This document shows, one piece after another, positions 9,534-18,354 of a DNA stretch of 40,893 bases (positions are counted from its first letter, which is position 1; every line of letters starts with the position of its first letter). Both the position numbers and the translations under genes were made by a program. The DNA lies in IMG/VR virus record IMGVR_UViG_3300049009_000676, positions 1 to 40,893 of that record. One strand, given 5' to 3'. The notes under the pieces were generated by a model, which worked only from the letters and a program-made list of their open reading frames with translations, ran no database searches and was not told the origin of the DNA. This DNA is from a virus (taxonomy: Duplodnaviria; Caudoviricetes).

Positions 9534-9742
9534 TGACTGCGCTAGAGCTGGCTGTTCAAGAGCTAATCACTACCAGCGGCGATCTGGAAATAATTGCCAG
9601 GTCGTCTCCCGTGGATGCTGCAGAAGTTAATGCGGCGTTGGCAGCCGCAGCCCCAGACTCTGCAGAAGGCGTGGCGCTGCGGCTGTTGGCCAAATACAAC
9701 CCATTCGTGCCGCCTGTAAAAGTCAGCAAAAAGTCGTCATGA
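9533..9742 (+). CDS. Hypothetical protein (69 aa)
   Basis: ATG 9533 in TAATG overlap; ATGA overlap with the next gene. Confidence 0.6.
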   Translation: MTALELAVQELITTSGDLEIIARSSPVDAAEVNAALAAAAPDSAEGVALRLLAKYNPFVPPVKVSKKSS

Positions 9743-10125
9743 AATTTAGCATAGAACAGGCCCAGTCAAATCCGGTCAGCGAATTTGCCACCTGTCTTTT
9801 GCACAGCGTGACTGGCGCTCATATGCTGCACCTGGCCACGTACAGCCTTGCGGAACATAAGGCTCTAGAGGCGTTCTATGCGGCCATAGGAGGCCTCATC
9901 GATTCGTTCGTAGAGGCTTACCAGGGAAAGTACGCCAACCGCGTCTCGTATGTTGCAGGATTTGATGTTCCGTCCAAGCCCAGCGAGTACATACTTTATT
10001 TGAAAGACGAAGTCGCGGCTCTGCGCGTGGCCAAAGGTTTTCCTCAAGACTCCGAGCTTCAGAACATCACAGACGAGATTGCTTCTTTAATTGATGGAAC
10101 CCTTTATCAGCTAACCCTGTCATGA
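9739..10125 (+). CDS. Ferritin/Dps-like four-helix protein (DUF5856-like)
   Basis: H..HL.T.S.AEHKAL..FY...ID.FVEAYQGKY and ELQNITDEI pattern. Confidence 0.65.
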   Translation: MKFSIEQAQSNPVSEFATCLLHSVTGAHMLHLATYSLAEHKALEAFYAAIGGLIDSFVEAYQGKYANRVSYVAGFDVPSKPSEYILYLKDEVAALRVAKGFPQDSELQNITDEIASLIDGTLYQLTLS

Positions 10126-10349
10126 CTCAACATACGACAATACAAAATACAAGCGACCTGCTGAGTTTTCTGGTCAATCAATCTGAAGCGCGAAAAGATT
10201 GGTTTGGCTTTATGCAGCAGCGCATGACCGCAATTACGCTCGCCCATGAAATTGCAGCCAATCACGCTCACCACATGACGCCACCCCAAGTTGTAGCTTA
10301 TGCGATGGCTCTGAATAGCGAAATTTACAACAAGATCATCAAAGCATAA
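10122..10349 (+). CDS. Hypothetical protein
   Basis: ATGA overlap upstream; 1-nt gap to the next gene. Confidence 0.6.
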   Translation: MTQHTTIQNTSDLLSFLVNQSEARKDWFGFMQQRMTAITLAHEIAANHAHHMTPPQVVAYAMALNSEIYNKIIKA

Positions 10350-10350
10350 A

Positions 10351-10818
10351 ATGAATGTCAGCATAAAACTTGAAGGTGTTGGCAATGTCCAATCGATCTT
10401 TAGGCAATTGGCTGACGAAATTGGCGACAAAAAAGCCAACAGCAAAATTTTAGTTCCTGCAGTCCGAGAGGCCATGAAACCTGTGCTGGCCAAAGCAAGA
10501 GCACAAGCACCCGTAGACACAGGCGGTCTTAGGCGCAGCCTGCAAGTTGAAGCTCGTCGTCCGACTCGCAAAGACAAAGGGTCAAAATACATTAGCAGCA
10601 CAGACACAGTCATATCTCTTGTAACCACAGCGCCAGGAAAGAAATTAGCCAAGATGGGCATAAACAGCGATGCTCGGGCAATAGCGCAAGAATTTGGAAC
10701 AGCCAGACATCCAGCGCACCCATATTTGCGCACAGCTTTAGAATCACAATCACAAAGCGTAATACAAAATCTTTCGCAAATATTAGCAAGACGAATTGAT
10801 CAATACAAAAAGGTGTAA
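10351..10818 (+). CDS. HK97 gp10-family neck/tail protein
   Basis: APVDTGGLRRS and QEFGTARHPAHPYLRTA motifs. Confidence 0.88.
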   Translation: MNVSIKLEGVGNVQSIFRQLADEIGDKKANSKILVPAVREAMKPVLAKARAQAPVDTGGLRRSLQVEARRPTRKDKGSKYISSTDTVISLVTTAPGKKLAKMGINSDARAIAQEFGTARHPAHPYLRTALESQSQSVIQNLSQILARRIDQYKKV

Positions 10819-10820
10819 AT

Positions 10821-11288
10821 ATGACAAGACTATCGAGCGCATTGGGGACTGGAGTAAAATTACGCATCAAACAATTTGTCCTTGGAGGGCACACATTTAA
10901 CGTGCGCATTCCTCTGGTATCAGAAAGCGATGCCATGCACAGCCGGATCATGAAACCGGACAGCGAAACGGTGAATAAAATTTACACAGATTTGACCAAA
11001 TCTTTAGATGAATTCAAATCTCTCGAAACTGAAGAGTTAGTTTTTACGGAAAATGATGTTGTTGTAGGTGGCCGTTCAATGCGAGAGGCTGCGACAAACA
11101 AAGCGATGATGGAGTTGCGGATTACAGAGATGGTTCGGCTGCTTCAAGCCGAAGATTCGGCCAACAGTCTGCACGATATTACTTATGCCGAAATTGAACA
11201 AGAATGGCCTTTAAATGTGCAGCGTGAATTGGTAGAAAAGATCGCTGAAGTAATCAGTCCTGTTTACAAGGAAGTACGGGGAAACTAA
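10821..11288 (+). CDS. Tail assembly chaperone (G)
   Basis: Upstream of the tape measure; ends in slippery G GGA AAC just before TAA. Confidence 0.8.
   Translation: MTRLSSALGTGVKLRIKQFVLGGHTFNVRIPLVSESDAMHSRIMKPDSETVNKIYTDLTKSLDEFKSLETEELVFTENDVVVGGRSMREAATNKAMMELRITEMVRLLQAEDSANSLHDITYAEIEQEWPLNVQRELVEKIAEVISPVYKEVRGN
11279..11285 (+). other. Programmed -1 ribosomal frameshift site GGGAAAC
   Basis: X XXY YYZ heptamer in the correct phase. The -1 frame reads GGG AAA CTA ATT GGC TCG TTG and stays open to 11644. Confidence 0.85.
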
Positions 11289-11644
11289 TTGGCTCGTTGA
11301 GGGAACAAGTCGCGGCGGCGATGATCTTCAACGGGCACACAACGGAATCAATTGCAGCGATTGACCAGATAACAATGTTAAATATTCAAGCGATGTATGC
11401 AGATGGAACAATTGGCAATCACGGCCTGTTGGAGCAGCTTGCGACGCTTACTGCTGGAGTGTTTAATTACATGCGACAACCCAATTCGGCAGCATACAAA
11501 TTATCCAATACGCTTGGTGCAGCACACGACTATCTTTATCCGCCAGCAAGCACAGAACAGCGCAAAGAGCAGACCAGCAACAGCTTGTTAGCGTTTATGT
11601 CGCAGGCTCCAGGATTCAGCAAAGGACTATTCGGTCATGGCTAA
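11279..11644 (+). CDS. Frameshifted C-terminal part of chaperone GT
   Basis: ORF 11297-11644 has only a TTG start and is the -1 frame of the upstream gene; overlaps the TMP start. Confidence 0.75.
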   Translation, partial: GKLIGSLREQVAAAMIFNGHTTESIAAIDQITMLNIQAMYADGTIGNHGLLEQLATLTAGVFNYMRQPNSAAYKLSNTLGAAHDYLYPPASTEQRKEQTSNSLLAFMSQAPGFSKGLFGHG

Positions 11645-13853
11645 CATTGCCCGGCTTGGTGTAGCACTTGGACTTAACAGCGCTGAATTTGTCAGCGGCA
11701 TAGAAGCTGCTGGAAAAAAATTAGAGCAGTTTGCCAATAAAGCAACAGGTTATGCAAAGGTCGCGGCGACAGCGTTTGTTGCCTTAACAACTGCAGCAAT
11801 GGCGTATGCAGACGAAATTGCAGACGTAGCCAAAAGCAATGATGTTGCAATTGACTCAGTCATCAAACTGCAGAACGCATTGGCCAACTCCGGCGGATCA
11901 GCAGAAAATGCAGGAAAACTCCTTTCTTCATTTACAAAATTCGTAGACGACGCGGCTGGCGGTTCTTTTGAAGCGCAGCAAAAATTACAAAAGATGGGGC
12001 TGTCTTTAAAAGACATTGGCAGCCTATCAACTGATTCGTTATTTCAAAAAACAATCCAAGGGCTCGCCGCCATTGAAGACCCATTGACCAGAAATGCCAG
12101 GGCGATGGATGCATTTGGCAAAGCAGCAAAAGGTGTTGATTGGTTAGGTGTTTCCGAAGGAATGGCAAGTGGTGCAGCGGCAAGCAAAAAACAAGCTGAA
12201 GCTGTGCAAGCTGCCGCAGATTCGTTTGATATGCTAAAGCAGAGTGCCAGAGATTTTAATTTAATGCTTGCGGAATCCCTTGGGCCATCACTAAAGCTGA
12301 CCCTTGAATATATAAAAGATTTGAAAGGCGAGTCTAATTTTCTGGGTGATGCTTTTAAAGTTGTATTTCAAACAATTGTTGTTCTTGGTTCAGATCTGCA
12401 GTTTATTTTCAAAGGCATTTCAGACGAAATATCGCATACCATTGAAAATATTAAGTTGTTGACAACAGCGCAATTTGAAGCTGCGCGTGCTGCCAATGAA
12501 GCATATGAAAAAAGAAGAAAGCAAGCACGGGAAGATTTAGATCTGTTTCAAGCTCGCATCATGGGCACAGATGCAGGATACCAAGGCAAAGGGTTTGCTG
12601 ATTCAAGAACTGTTGCCCCAGATGATACAACCAAGCGCAAAGTAACGACACCAAAAGAAGTTTTGGCAAAAGATTTTGAATTGAAAAAATTAAGACTTGA
12701 AAATGAATTTTCTATAACAAATAAATTTTTGAGCGAACAGCAAAACCTTGAACTGGAATATAAAAGAAAAACGGCAGAAGCAGATTTAGAAAGAAAACAC
12801 AAAGACGCCGCTGAAGAAAATAAATTTGCGGCAAAAAATTGGACTATCTTGCAAGAAAAATTATTTGGAATTGAGCAAGAGTATAAAGGAAAGAAAAAAT
12901 CATTGGCCATAAAAAATATGGCAGAAGAAGCAAAGCAAGAAATAGCGTTGCAAGAAGAAAGTGCAAAAGCATATTCCGAGCTTAATGCGTTTTATTCGCA
13001 AGGCAATACTGCAGTCAGAGAAAAGCAGGATTTAGAAGCCACAGCACTAGATCGAGCGCAGCAAATGTTTAAGCTGGAACAAAAAGGACGTTTTCTAAAA
13101 GCAGAAGAATTGCAAGAACAGAAAGAAATATTGCAGCAAACATGGAAATATATTGATGCTGTAGAAACAATAAATGCAATGCAAAATCTTGATAGAGAAA
13201 GCAGAAGGGAAGCTCTCGCACGAGAAGACAAACTAAATGAAAAAGCATTGCAGAATATAGTTGAGCGCGGAAGAATATTAAAATCTCAAACAGCAGGCGG
13301 CTTTTATGAAGGTTTTTTGGCAAGGCTAGATGCGGTAAACAGAGACATGGAAACCAGTTTTGAAACTGGCGGCAAAGCATTTGATTCTTTGATGGGCAGT
13401 ATGTCCAAAGCATTGGATGAGTTTGTAACCACAGGCAAATTAAATTTTGGAGATTTTGCCAAGTCTATTATTAAAGACATGTTGGCGATACAACTCCGAG
13501 CAGCCGCACTAAATCTATTTGCTCCGTTAGCAAAATTCATATTTCCGTCTGTAAGTCTCGCACAGCCTTTCTCCGGGCCAAGAGCAGATGGCGGTCCAGT
13601 TGAAAGCAACAGCTCCTATTTGGTGGGCGAACGTGGGCCAGAGCTGTTTGTGCCTCGCGGCGCAGGGGCGATCGTTCCGAATCACACTATCGGCAGCAGC
13701 CAGCAAGCACCAACAATCAATTACAATGGCCCCTACATTGCCAGCATGAGCGCAATTGATACGCAGTCGGGCCTCCAATTTTTGGCTAAGAACAAGCAGT
13801 CTGTCTGGTCTGTGTATCAATCGGCCAATCGCAGTATCCCAATGTCACGTTAA
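11637..13853 (+). CDS. Tape measure protein
   Basis: IARLGVALGLNSAEF N-terminus, long helical body, lambda-like FVTTGKLNFGDFAKSII and RADGGPV...YLVGERGPELFVP. About 110 nm tail by the ~0.15 nm/aa rule of thumb. Confidence 0.93.
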   Translation: MANIARLGVALGLNSAEFVSGIEAAGKKLEQFANKATGYAKVAATAFVALTTAAMAYADEIADVAKSNDVAIDSVIKLQNALANSGGSAENAGKLLSSFTKFVDDAAGGSFEAQQKLQKMGLSLKDIGSLSTDSLFQKTIQGLAAIEDPLTRNARAMDAFGKAAKGVDWLGVSEGMASGAAASKKQAEAVQAAADSFDMLKQSARDFNLMLAESLGPSLKLTLEYIKDLKGESNFLGDAFKVVFQTIVVLGSDLQFIFKGISDEISHTIENIKLLTTAQFEAARAANEAYEKRRKQAREDLDLFQARIMGTDAGYQGKGFADSRTVAPDDTTKRKVTTPKEVLAKDFELKKLRLENEFSITNKFLSEQQNLELEYKRKTAEADLERKHKDAAEENKFAAKNWTILQEKLFGIEQEYKGKKKSLAIKNMAEEAKQEIALQEESAKAYSELNAFYSQGNTAVREKQDLEATALDRAQQMFKLEQKGRFLKAEELQEQKEILQQTWKYIDAVETINAMQNLDRESRREALAREDKLNEKALQNIVERGRILKSQTAGGFYEGFLARLDAVNRDMETSFETGGKAFDSLMGSMSKALDEFVTTGKLNFGDFAKSIIKDMLAIQLRAAALNLFAPLAKFIFPSVSLAQPFSGPRADGGPVESNSSYLVGERGPELFVPRGAGAIVPNHTIGSSQQAPTINYNGPYIASMSAIDTQSGLQFLAKNKQSVWSVYQSANRSIPMSR

Positions 13854-13862
13854 GGAATCACA

Positions 13863-15977
13863 ATGTCAGTTCCAAATACATTCGCAAGCGCAACCAGTTC
13901 CATTCCTCTTGCCAATCTGGACGCAAACTTTGCGTACTATGACGCAGCATTCTCGATCTCAGGCACGGCAGTCACGTTTGCAGGCAGCATCACGCTGACC
14001 ACAGGCACAGCCAACGGAGTGCCGTACCTCAACGCCAGCAAGGTGCTGACCAGTGGCGCTGTGTTGACATTTGATGGCACCACTCTTTTAAGCACAAAGT
14101 TTGCTGGGGCATTGAACGGCACCGTCGGGGCTACATTGCCTACTACGGGGGCATTTACTACGCTGAGTATGACGGGTACGGCGGCAACTAACACTACAGC
14201 TTTATCTGCAACAGGGACTACCACTGGGTTTAATCGCGGAAGGATTTTTAATACTGGCGGCGATTTAAGGTTTGGAATTGACAGTAGTGTGGGCGCTGAA
14301 GCGGTAGCTGGCTCGGCGGCATATTCGTCGTTTATTGGATCGTTTACAAATACTCCGTTTTGCCTTGTTTCAAATAGTGCAATAGTTGGCGCAGTCTCCT
14401 CCACCGGCTTAGCAGTCACCGGGACGCTGAGTGCTACGGGTACAGCGACATTCAACAAAGGGGCCACAGCAATTGACTTGACCCCTGTTAGCACTGCGGC
14501 AAGCGCCAGAACAAATATTTCGTGGACAGCTAAAAACGCAAGTAGCGCAAATCGGACTTCTTACATCGGTTCAAACATCTTTCTTGCTGACGGGTCTACG
14601 GAAATATCGGGTGAATTTGCTGTCAATTTAATGATTGACGGGGTAACAAAAACTGCGCTTACCTCCACCGGACTAGCAGTCACCGGGACGCTGAGTGCTA
14701 CGGGGGCAACTACTCTTTCAGCACAACTTACAGCATCGACGGGTGATGGAACGTATCCAATAATAAGCAAAGACACTAGAGCGTTTAGTGTGGGTGTTAC
14801 TGGCCCACAGTTAGGTTTTTTTGGGCTTGACTCAACATCAACAAATAATTCACTTGGTGCAATTCGCGCACTTGCACAATCAAGCCAAAACGGAACATTA
14901 GAGGCAAGAGTTTTATCAAGCGGTTCCATAGCAACCATAGGTACATTCTCCTCCACCGGACTAGCAGTCACCGGGACGCTGAGTGCGACGAGTAATATTT
15001 ATACTTCTGCTCGTTATTTTGCACAGCGTCAGTCAGGTTCTTTAAGTTTTGCTATTGGTGGCTACTCAGACGGGTCGGCGGCAACTGTGCTGACAGGTGC
15101 AATAGGCGATATTGTTGCTTTCGGTAATGTTGGTGGCGATGGGGTTATCTTTGCCAATAGCAATACAGAGCGTATGCGCCTAACCGATACGGGTCTGGGT
15201 ATTGGGACAAGTTCGCCTGCCTACAGATTAGATGTTGGTGCTACCAGCGATGTAAACATTTCAATGAATAACTCTACGAGTGTTACATCGGGGAATCGTG
15301 GCACTTTGTCAATGTATAACTCGGCTGGCTCAACTGTCGGGTTTATTCGTTTTGGTGCGGTTACAGATAACTCAGGAACCGACATTCAATTTGGAGTAAG
15401 ACCTGCTGGTGGTTCTTTAAACAGTACCGCAATGAAACTCGACTCCAGCGGTAACTTGCTGGTGGGAAATACTGTTGCATCATCTGCTACAGATGCAGGA
15501 TTTAAATTTTTGAAAAGTCTAGAAGGTGCAGGCAACGATAGAACTGCTATTGTTTTTGACTCAAGTTCAAATTCACAAATCCCTTTTACTTTATATTCAA
15601 CAGGCGCAGGTGCGTATCGTTTTTATGTCGGCGCTGGAGGAACTATTTACGCTACCTCAATCGTCATCACAGCTATTTCTGACCAGCGCCTGAAAGAAAA
15701 TGTGCGGGATATTGATACTGGCTTGTCATCAGTCATGGCGCTCAAGCCACGCCGATTTGATTGGAAAGAAGGCAAAGGTCAGGACAAGAAAAATGTGGCT
15801 GGTTTTATTGCCCAAGAGTTTGAAGATGTATTTCCTGAGTGTGTTGGAGTATCAAGGGCTGGTGAAGATGGTGTTGAGTACAAAAACATCAACCATGAAA
15901 CGCTGATCCCCACTTTGGTCAAAGCCATCCAAGAACTCAAAGCAGAATTTGATGCTTACAAAGCATCGCACCCCTAA
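13863..15977 (+). CDS. Tail fibre with C-terminal intramolecular chaperone (peptidase S74)
   Basis: Gly/Ser/Thr-rich; ERMRLTDTGLGIGTSSP fibre motif; SDQRLKENVRDI...LKPRRFDWK...GFIAQE...LVKAIQEL chaperone. Confidence 0.9.
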   Translation: MSVPNTFASATSSIPLANLDANFAYYDAAFSISGTAVTFAGSITLTTGTANGVPYLNASKVLTSGAVLTFDGTTLLSTKFAGALNGTVGATLPTTGAFTTLSMTGTAATNTTALSATGTTTGFNRGRIFNTGGDLRFGIDSSVGAEAVAGSAAYSSFIGSFTNTPFCLVSNSAIVGAVSSTGLAVTGTLSATGTATFNKGATAIDLTPVSTAASARTNISWTAKNASSANRTSYIGSNIFLADGSTEISGEFAVNLMIDGVTKTALTSTGLAVTGTLSATGATTLSAQLTASTGDGTYPIISKDTRAFSVGVTGPQLGFFGLDSTSTNNSLGAIRALAQSSQNGTLEARVLSSGSIATIGTFSSTGLAVTGTLSATSNIYTSARYFAQRQSGSLSFAIGGYSDGSAATVLTGAIGDIVAFGNVGGDGVIFANSNTERMRLTDTGLGIGTSSPAYRLDVGATSDVNISMNNSTSVTSGNRGTLSMYNSAGSTVGFIRFGAVTDNSGTDIQFGVRPAGGSLNSTAMKLDSSGNLLVGNTVASSATDAGFKFLKSLEGAGNDRTAIVFDSSSNSQIPFTLYSTGAGAYRFYVGAGGTIYATSIVITAISDQRLKENVRDIDTGLSSVMALKPRRFDWKEGKGQDKKNVAGFIAQEFEDVFPECVGVSRAGEDGVEYKNINHETLIPTLVKAIQELKAEFDAYKASHP
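14396..14990 (+). repeat. Three ~43-nt near-identical direct repeats inside the fibre gene
   Basis: CCTCCACCGG(C/A)(T/C)TAGCAGTCACCGGGACGCTGAGTGC at 14398, 14662 and 14950; spacings 264 and 288 nt; each encodes STGLAVTGTLSAT. Confidence 0.95.
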
Positions 15978-15992
15978 ACTTGAAAGCAAACC

Positions 15993-16310
15993 ATGACCCA
16001 AATAACTTGGACAGTCACCGCTATGGACTGCTATCCCACCGTGGGCAGCGAAACTGATGTTGTTTTTACCGTGCATTGGACTTGCAGCGGCACTGACGGC
16101 ACCTACACCAGCAGCGTCTACTCAACCTGCTCTGTGCCTACGCCTACCGGCACCTTTACACCCTACGCCGATCTGACGCAAGGGCAAGTGCTTGGCTGGG
16201 TCTGGGCCAACGGCGTGGACAAAGACGCCACAGAAGCCGCTGTGCAGCAGCAGATTGACAACCAGATCAACCCACCTGTAGTAACCCCACCCCTGCCTTG
16301 GGCCGCATAA
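15993..16310 (+). CDS. Fibre-associated hypothetical protein
   Basis: VVFTVHW, FTPYADLT...VLGWV and PPLPW pattern typical of small proteins following fibres. Confidence 0.75.
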   Translation: MTQITWTVTAMDCYPTVGSETDVVFTVHWTCSGTDGTYTSSVYSTCSVPTPTGTFTPYADLTQGQVLGWVWANGVDKDATEAAVQQQIDNQINPPVVTPPLPWAA

Positions 16311-16358
16311 CGGGACGCTGCCACCCGCTTCTGGCAGCACATTGAAAAGGAAAACGAA

Positions 16359-16583
16359 ATGGAAAACAAAAAGCCCCAGATCGTGACAATCGACGGTGTT
16401 GAGCATGACGCCAGCACTTTTACTGATGAGCAAGTCACGCTGCTGAATCACTGCATTGATCTTGATCGCAAGATTGGTTCAACTCAGTTTCAGCTACAGC
16501 AACTCCAAGTGGGCAAAGATGCTTTCTTGAAGATGCTTAAAGATGATCTGGACAAGCCTGAAAAAGCTGGCCTCAACGACTGA
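16359..16583 (+). CDS. Small coiled-coil hypothetical protein (possible fibre chaperone)
   Basis: AAAGGA SD; VTIDGVEH followed by a heptad helix; preceded by hairpin GCTGCCA/TGGCAGC (16317-16338). Confidence 0.75.
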   Translation: MENKKPQIVTIDGVEHDASTFTDEQVTLLNHCIDLDRKIGSTQFQLQQLQVGKDAFLKMLKDDLDKPEKAGLND

Positions 16584-16843
16584 TGAAAACTGCTCCGTTT
16601 CTCGTTCTGTGGTTCCTGAAACTTGCCGGGTCGCTGGCAATCACTATGCCTTGGCGCACGGTTTATTGCCGACCCGGACAAGAAGAGAATTACGCACTCG
16701 CCGCTCACGAGGCGGTGCATGTGTCACAGATTGAACGGGACGGAGCTATCAAATGGACGGTCAAGATTTTCTACTACCTTGTCAGGTACGGCTACATCAA
16801 CAGCCCTTATGAAGTAGAGGCTCGGGCCAAGTCTGGGTACTGA
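16583..16843 (+). CDS. Small HExxH metallopeptidase-like protein
   Basis: AHEAVHVSQ...Y..SPYEVEAR zincin pattern; TGATG overlap. Confidence 0.7.
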   Translation: MKTAPFLVLWFLKLAGSLAITMPWRTVYCRPGQEENYALAAHEAVHVSQIERDGAIKWTVKIFYYLVRYGYINSPYEVEARAKSGY

Positions 16844-16844
16844 C

Positions 16845-16997
16845 ATGGAACTCTTTGAATTGCTCTCCAAAGGTTGGCCGATACTTCTGGCGTTGATCAC
16901 GCTCATTATCGTTTTGAGCAAGCTTGACCTCCGGGTGGCAGTTTTGGAAGAGAAGATCAAGACCTTGTTTGAGATGTGGAATAAAAGGGACAAATAA
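16845..16997 (+). CDS. 50-aa membrane protein (not in ORF track)
   Basis: Hand translation MELFELLSKGWPILLALITLIIVLSKLDLRVAVLEEKIKTLFEMWNKRDK: one TM plus a coiled coil. Fills the gap and ends in a TAATG overlap. Confidence 0.75.
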   Translation: MELFELLSKGWPILLALITLIIVLSKLDLRVAVLEEKIKTLFEMWNKRDK

Positions 16998-17677
16998 TGA
17001 GCCTGCAAACCATCCTGTCAATTGCTGAAACCGTGGCCATCAATGATCACAAGTTTGCAGGCCAAATGCTTTCGCGCAATATGCGGATCAGCACATCGGA
17101 GATTCTGACGGTTCAGCCATTTCAATTCACGATAAAGCCAAATGACTATCTGCTTTACTCGCAGAACCGTGCCGTGCTGTCTGCGCTGCGCGTGGCTGAT
17201 CGGGTGGCAGAGCAGTACCTGAGTTACGCTTCCACAGGCTGGGTCAACTACATCGCCTACCAAGGCAACATGACTTCCGTGCAAGCTGCCGCAGTCACCG
17301 TGGAGGCTGCATCCTCTGGCAAGACCATCGTGCTGGGTACGCTCCCGTCAATCACCTCCACCCTGTTTATTGTCAAGGCTGGCGACTTCATTCAGGTGGG
17401 TCGGTATGCGTACATAGCCACAGCCAACGTCACTCGCGGCGGCGGCTCGACAGTCAGCGTGCCTGTGCATCGGTCATTGATTGATGCACCCACAATCGGG
17501 ATGCTGGCTGTCATCGGACAATACGGCACCACCGTGGCCCTGGGCGGCTCAACGTACACTGGCATAACCTTCCCGGTCATTGTGCGCGATTACCCAACCT
17601 ACACGCTTGTGCCAATGACCAATGACAGCTTTATTGCGTGGTCAAATGCATTCAGCGCAATGGAGGTTGTGTTGTGA
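16997..17677 (+). CDS. Distal tail (Dit)-like protein
   Basis: Beta-rich, with KAGDFIQVG insertion-domain motif; first gene of the tail-tip block. Confidence 0.6.
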   Translation: MSLQTILSIAETVAINDHKFAGQMLSRNMRISTSEILTVQPFQFTIKPNDYLLYSQNRAVLSALRVADRVAEQYLSYASTGWVNYIAYQGNMTSVQAAAVTVEAASSGKTIVLGTLPSITSTLFIVKAGDFIQVGRYAYIATANVTRGGGSTVSVPVHRSLIDAPTIGMLAVIGQYGTTVALGGSTYTGITFPVIVRDYPTYTLVPMTNDSFIAWSNAFSAMEVVL

Positions 17678-18354
17678 ACCAGATTCCTGCCGTTCAAAAT
17701 ACCAACATCATTCGGTATGCGGATTTCTTTCGGCTCACAACGCCAACCGGCACATATCTGTTTTCCACAGCTCCTTATGCAATCGTTGTGCCTTCTATTT
17801 CTGCAGCGCCATTTTCGGCTCTTGGGCAGTTAATAAAAGTCAACTCCGCACAGCGCGACATCAAAAGCACAGCCAACGAAACCACCGTCACCCTGGTGGG
17901 GATTGACACCTCAATGTTGGCTATTGTGCTGGCTGAGAAAATCAAAGGCTCGCAGATTGAACTGTGGCATGGGTTTTTCAATGCCAACAATGAGTTAATT
18001 ACCACCACCCCAATTGCCTGGACAAATAACGCATCCAACGTGATTGGCTGGACAAACAGTTCCTCTGTGTTGACGGATTGGACGGTAGATGCTGGAATTT
18101 CAGGGCTGTACAAATATTTTAATGGTTATGTGAATTCATTCTCAATCTCGGAAGAATGGATGGAAGAGGTTCGCGCATTCACAGGTGTCATTACCATTAG
18201 CGCATCCAGCTTTCAACTAATCTTGCAAAACAGAACAGCAGGCCGATACACAAACGATGCGTCCTGGCAATCATTCAATTCCGGTGATACATCCATGAAC
18301 CGGGTGAATTTCATCTCCACCATCAATTACACATTTGGCAAGACGGCAGCATGA
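17674..18354 (+). CDS. Tail tip/hub protein with a Trp-repeat segment
   Basis: GTG start 17674 (GTGA overlap, GGAGG SD); IELWHGFF and RTAGRYTND..WQ...GDTSM resemble siphophage minor tail proteins. Confidence 0.65.
   Translation: MNQIPAVQNTNIIRYADFFRLTTPTGTYLFSTAPYAIVVPSISAAPFSALGQLIKVNSAQRDIKSTANETTVTLVGIDTSMLAIVLAEKIKGSQIELWHGFFNANNELITTTPIAWTNNASNVIGWTNSSSVLTDWTVDAGISGLYKYFNGYVNSFSISEEWMEEVRAFTGVITISASSFQLILQNRTAGRYTNDASWQSFNSGDTSMNRVNFISTINYTFGKTAA

Noticed and set aside
14396-14990. Fibre repeats as a CRISPR array or DGR template/variable repeats
   Set aside because: Spacers are 220-245 nt of in-frame coding sequence; no cas or reverse transcriptase gene; differences are not adenine-specific.
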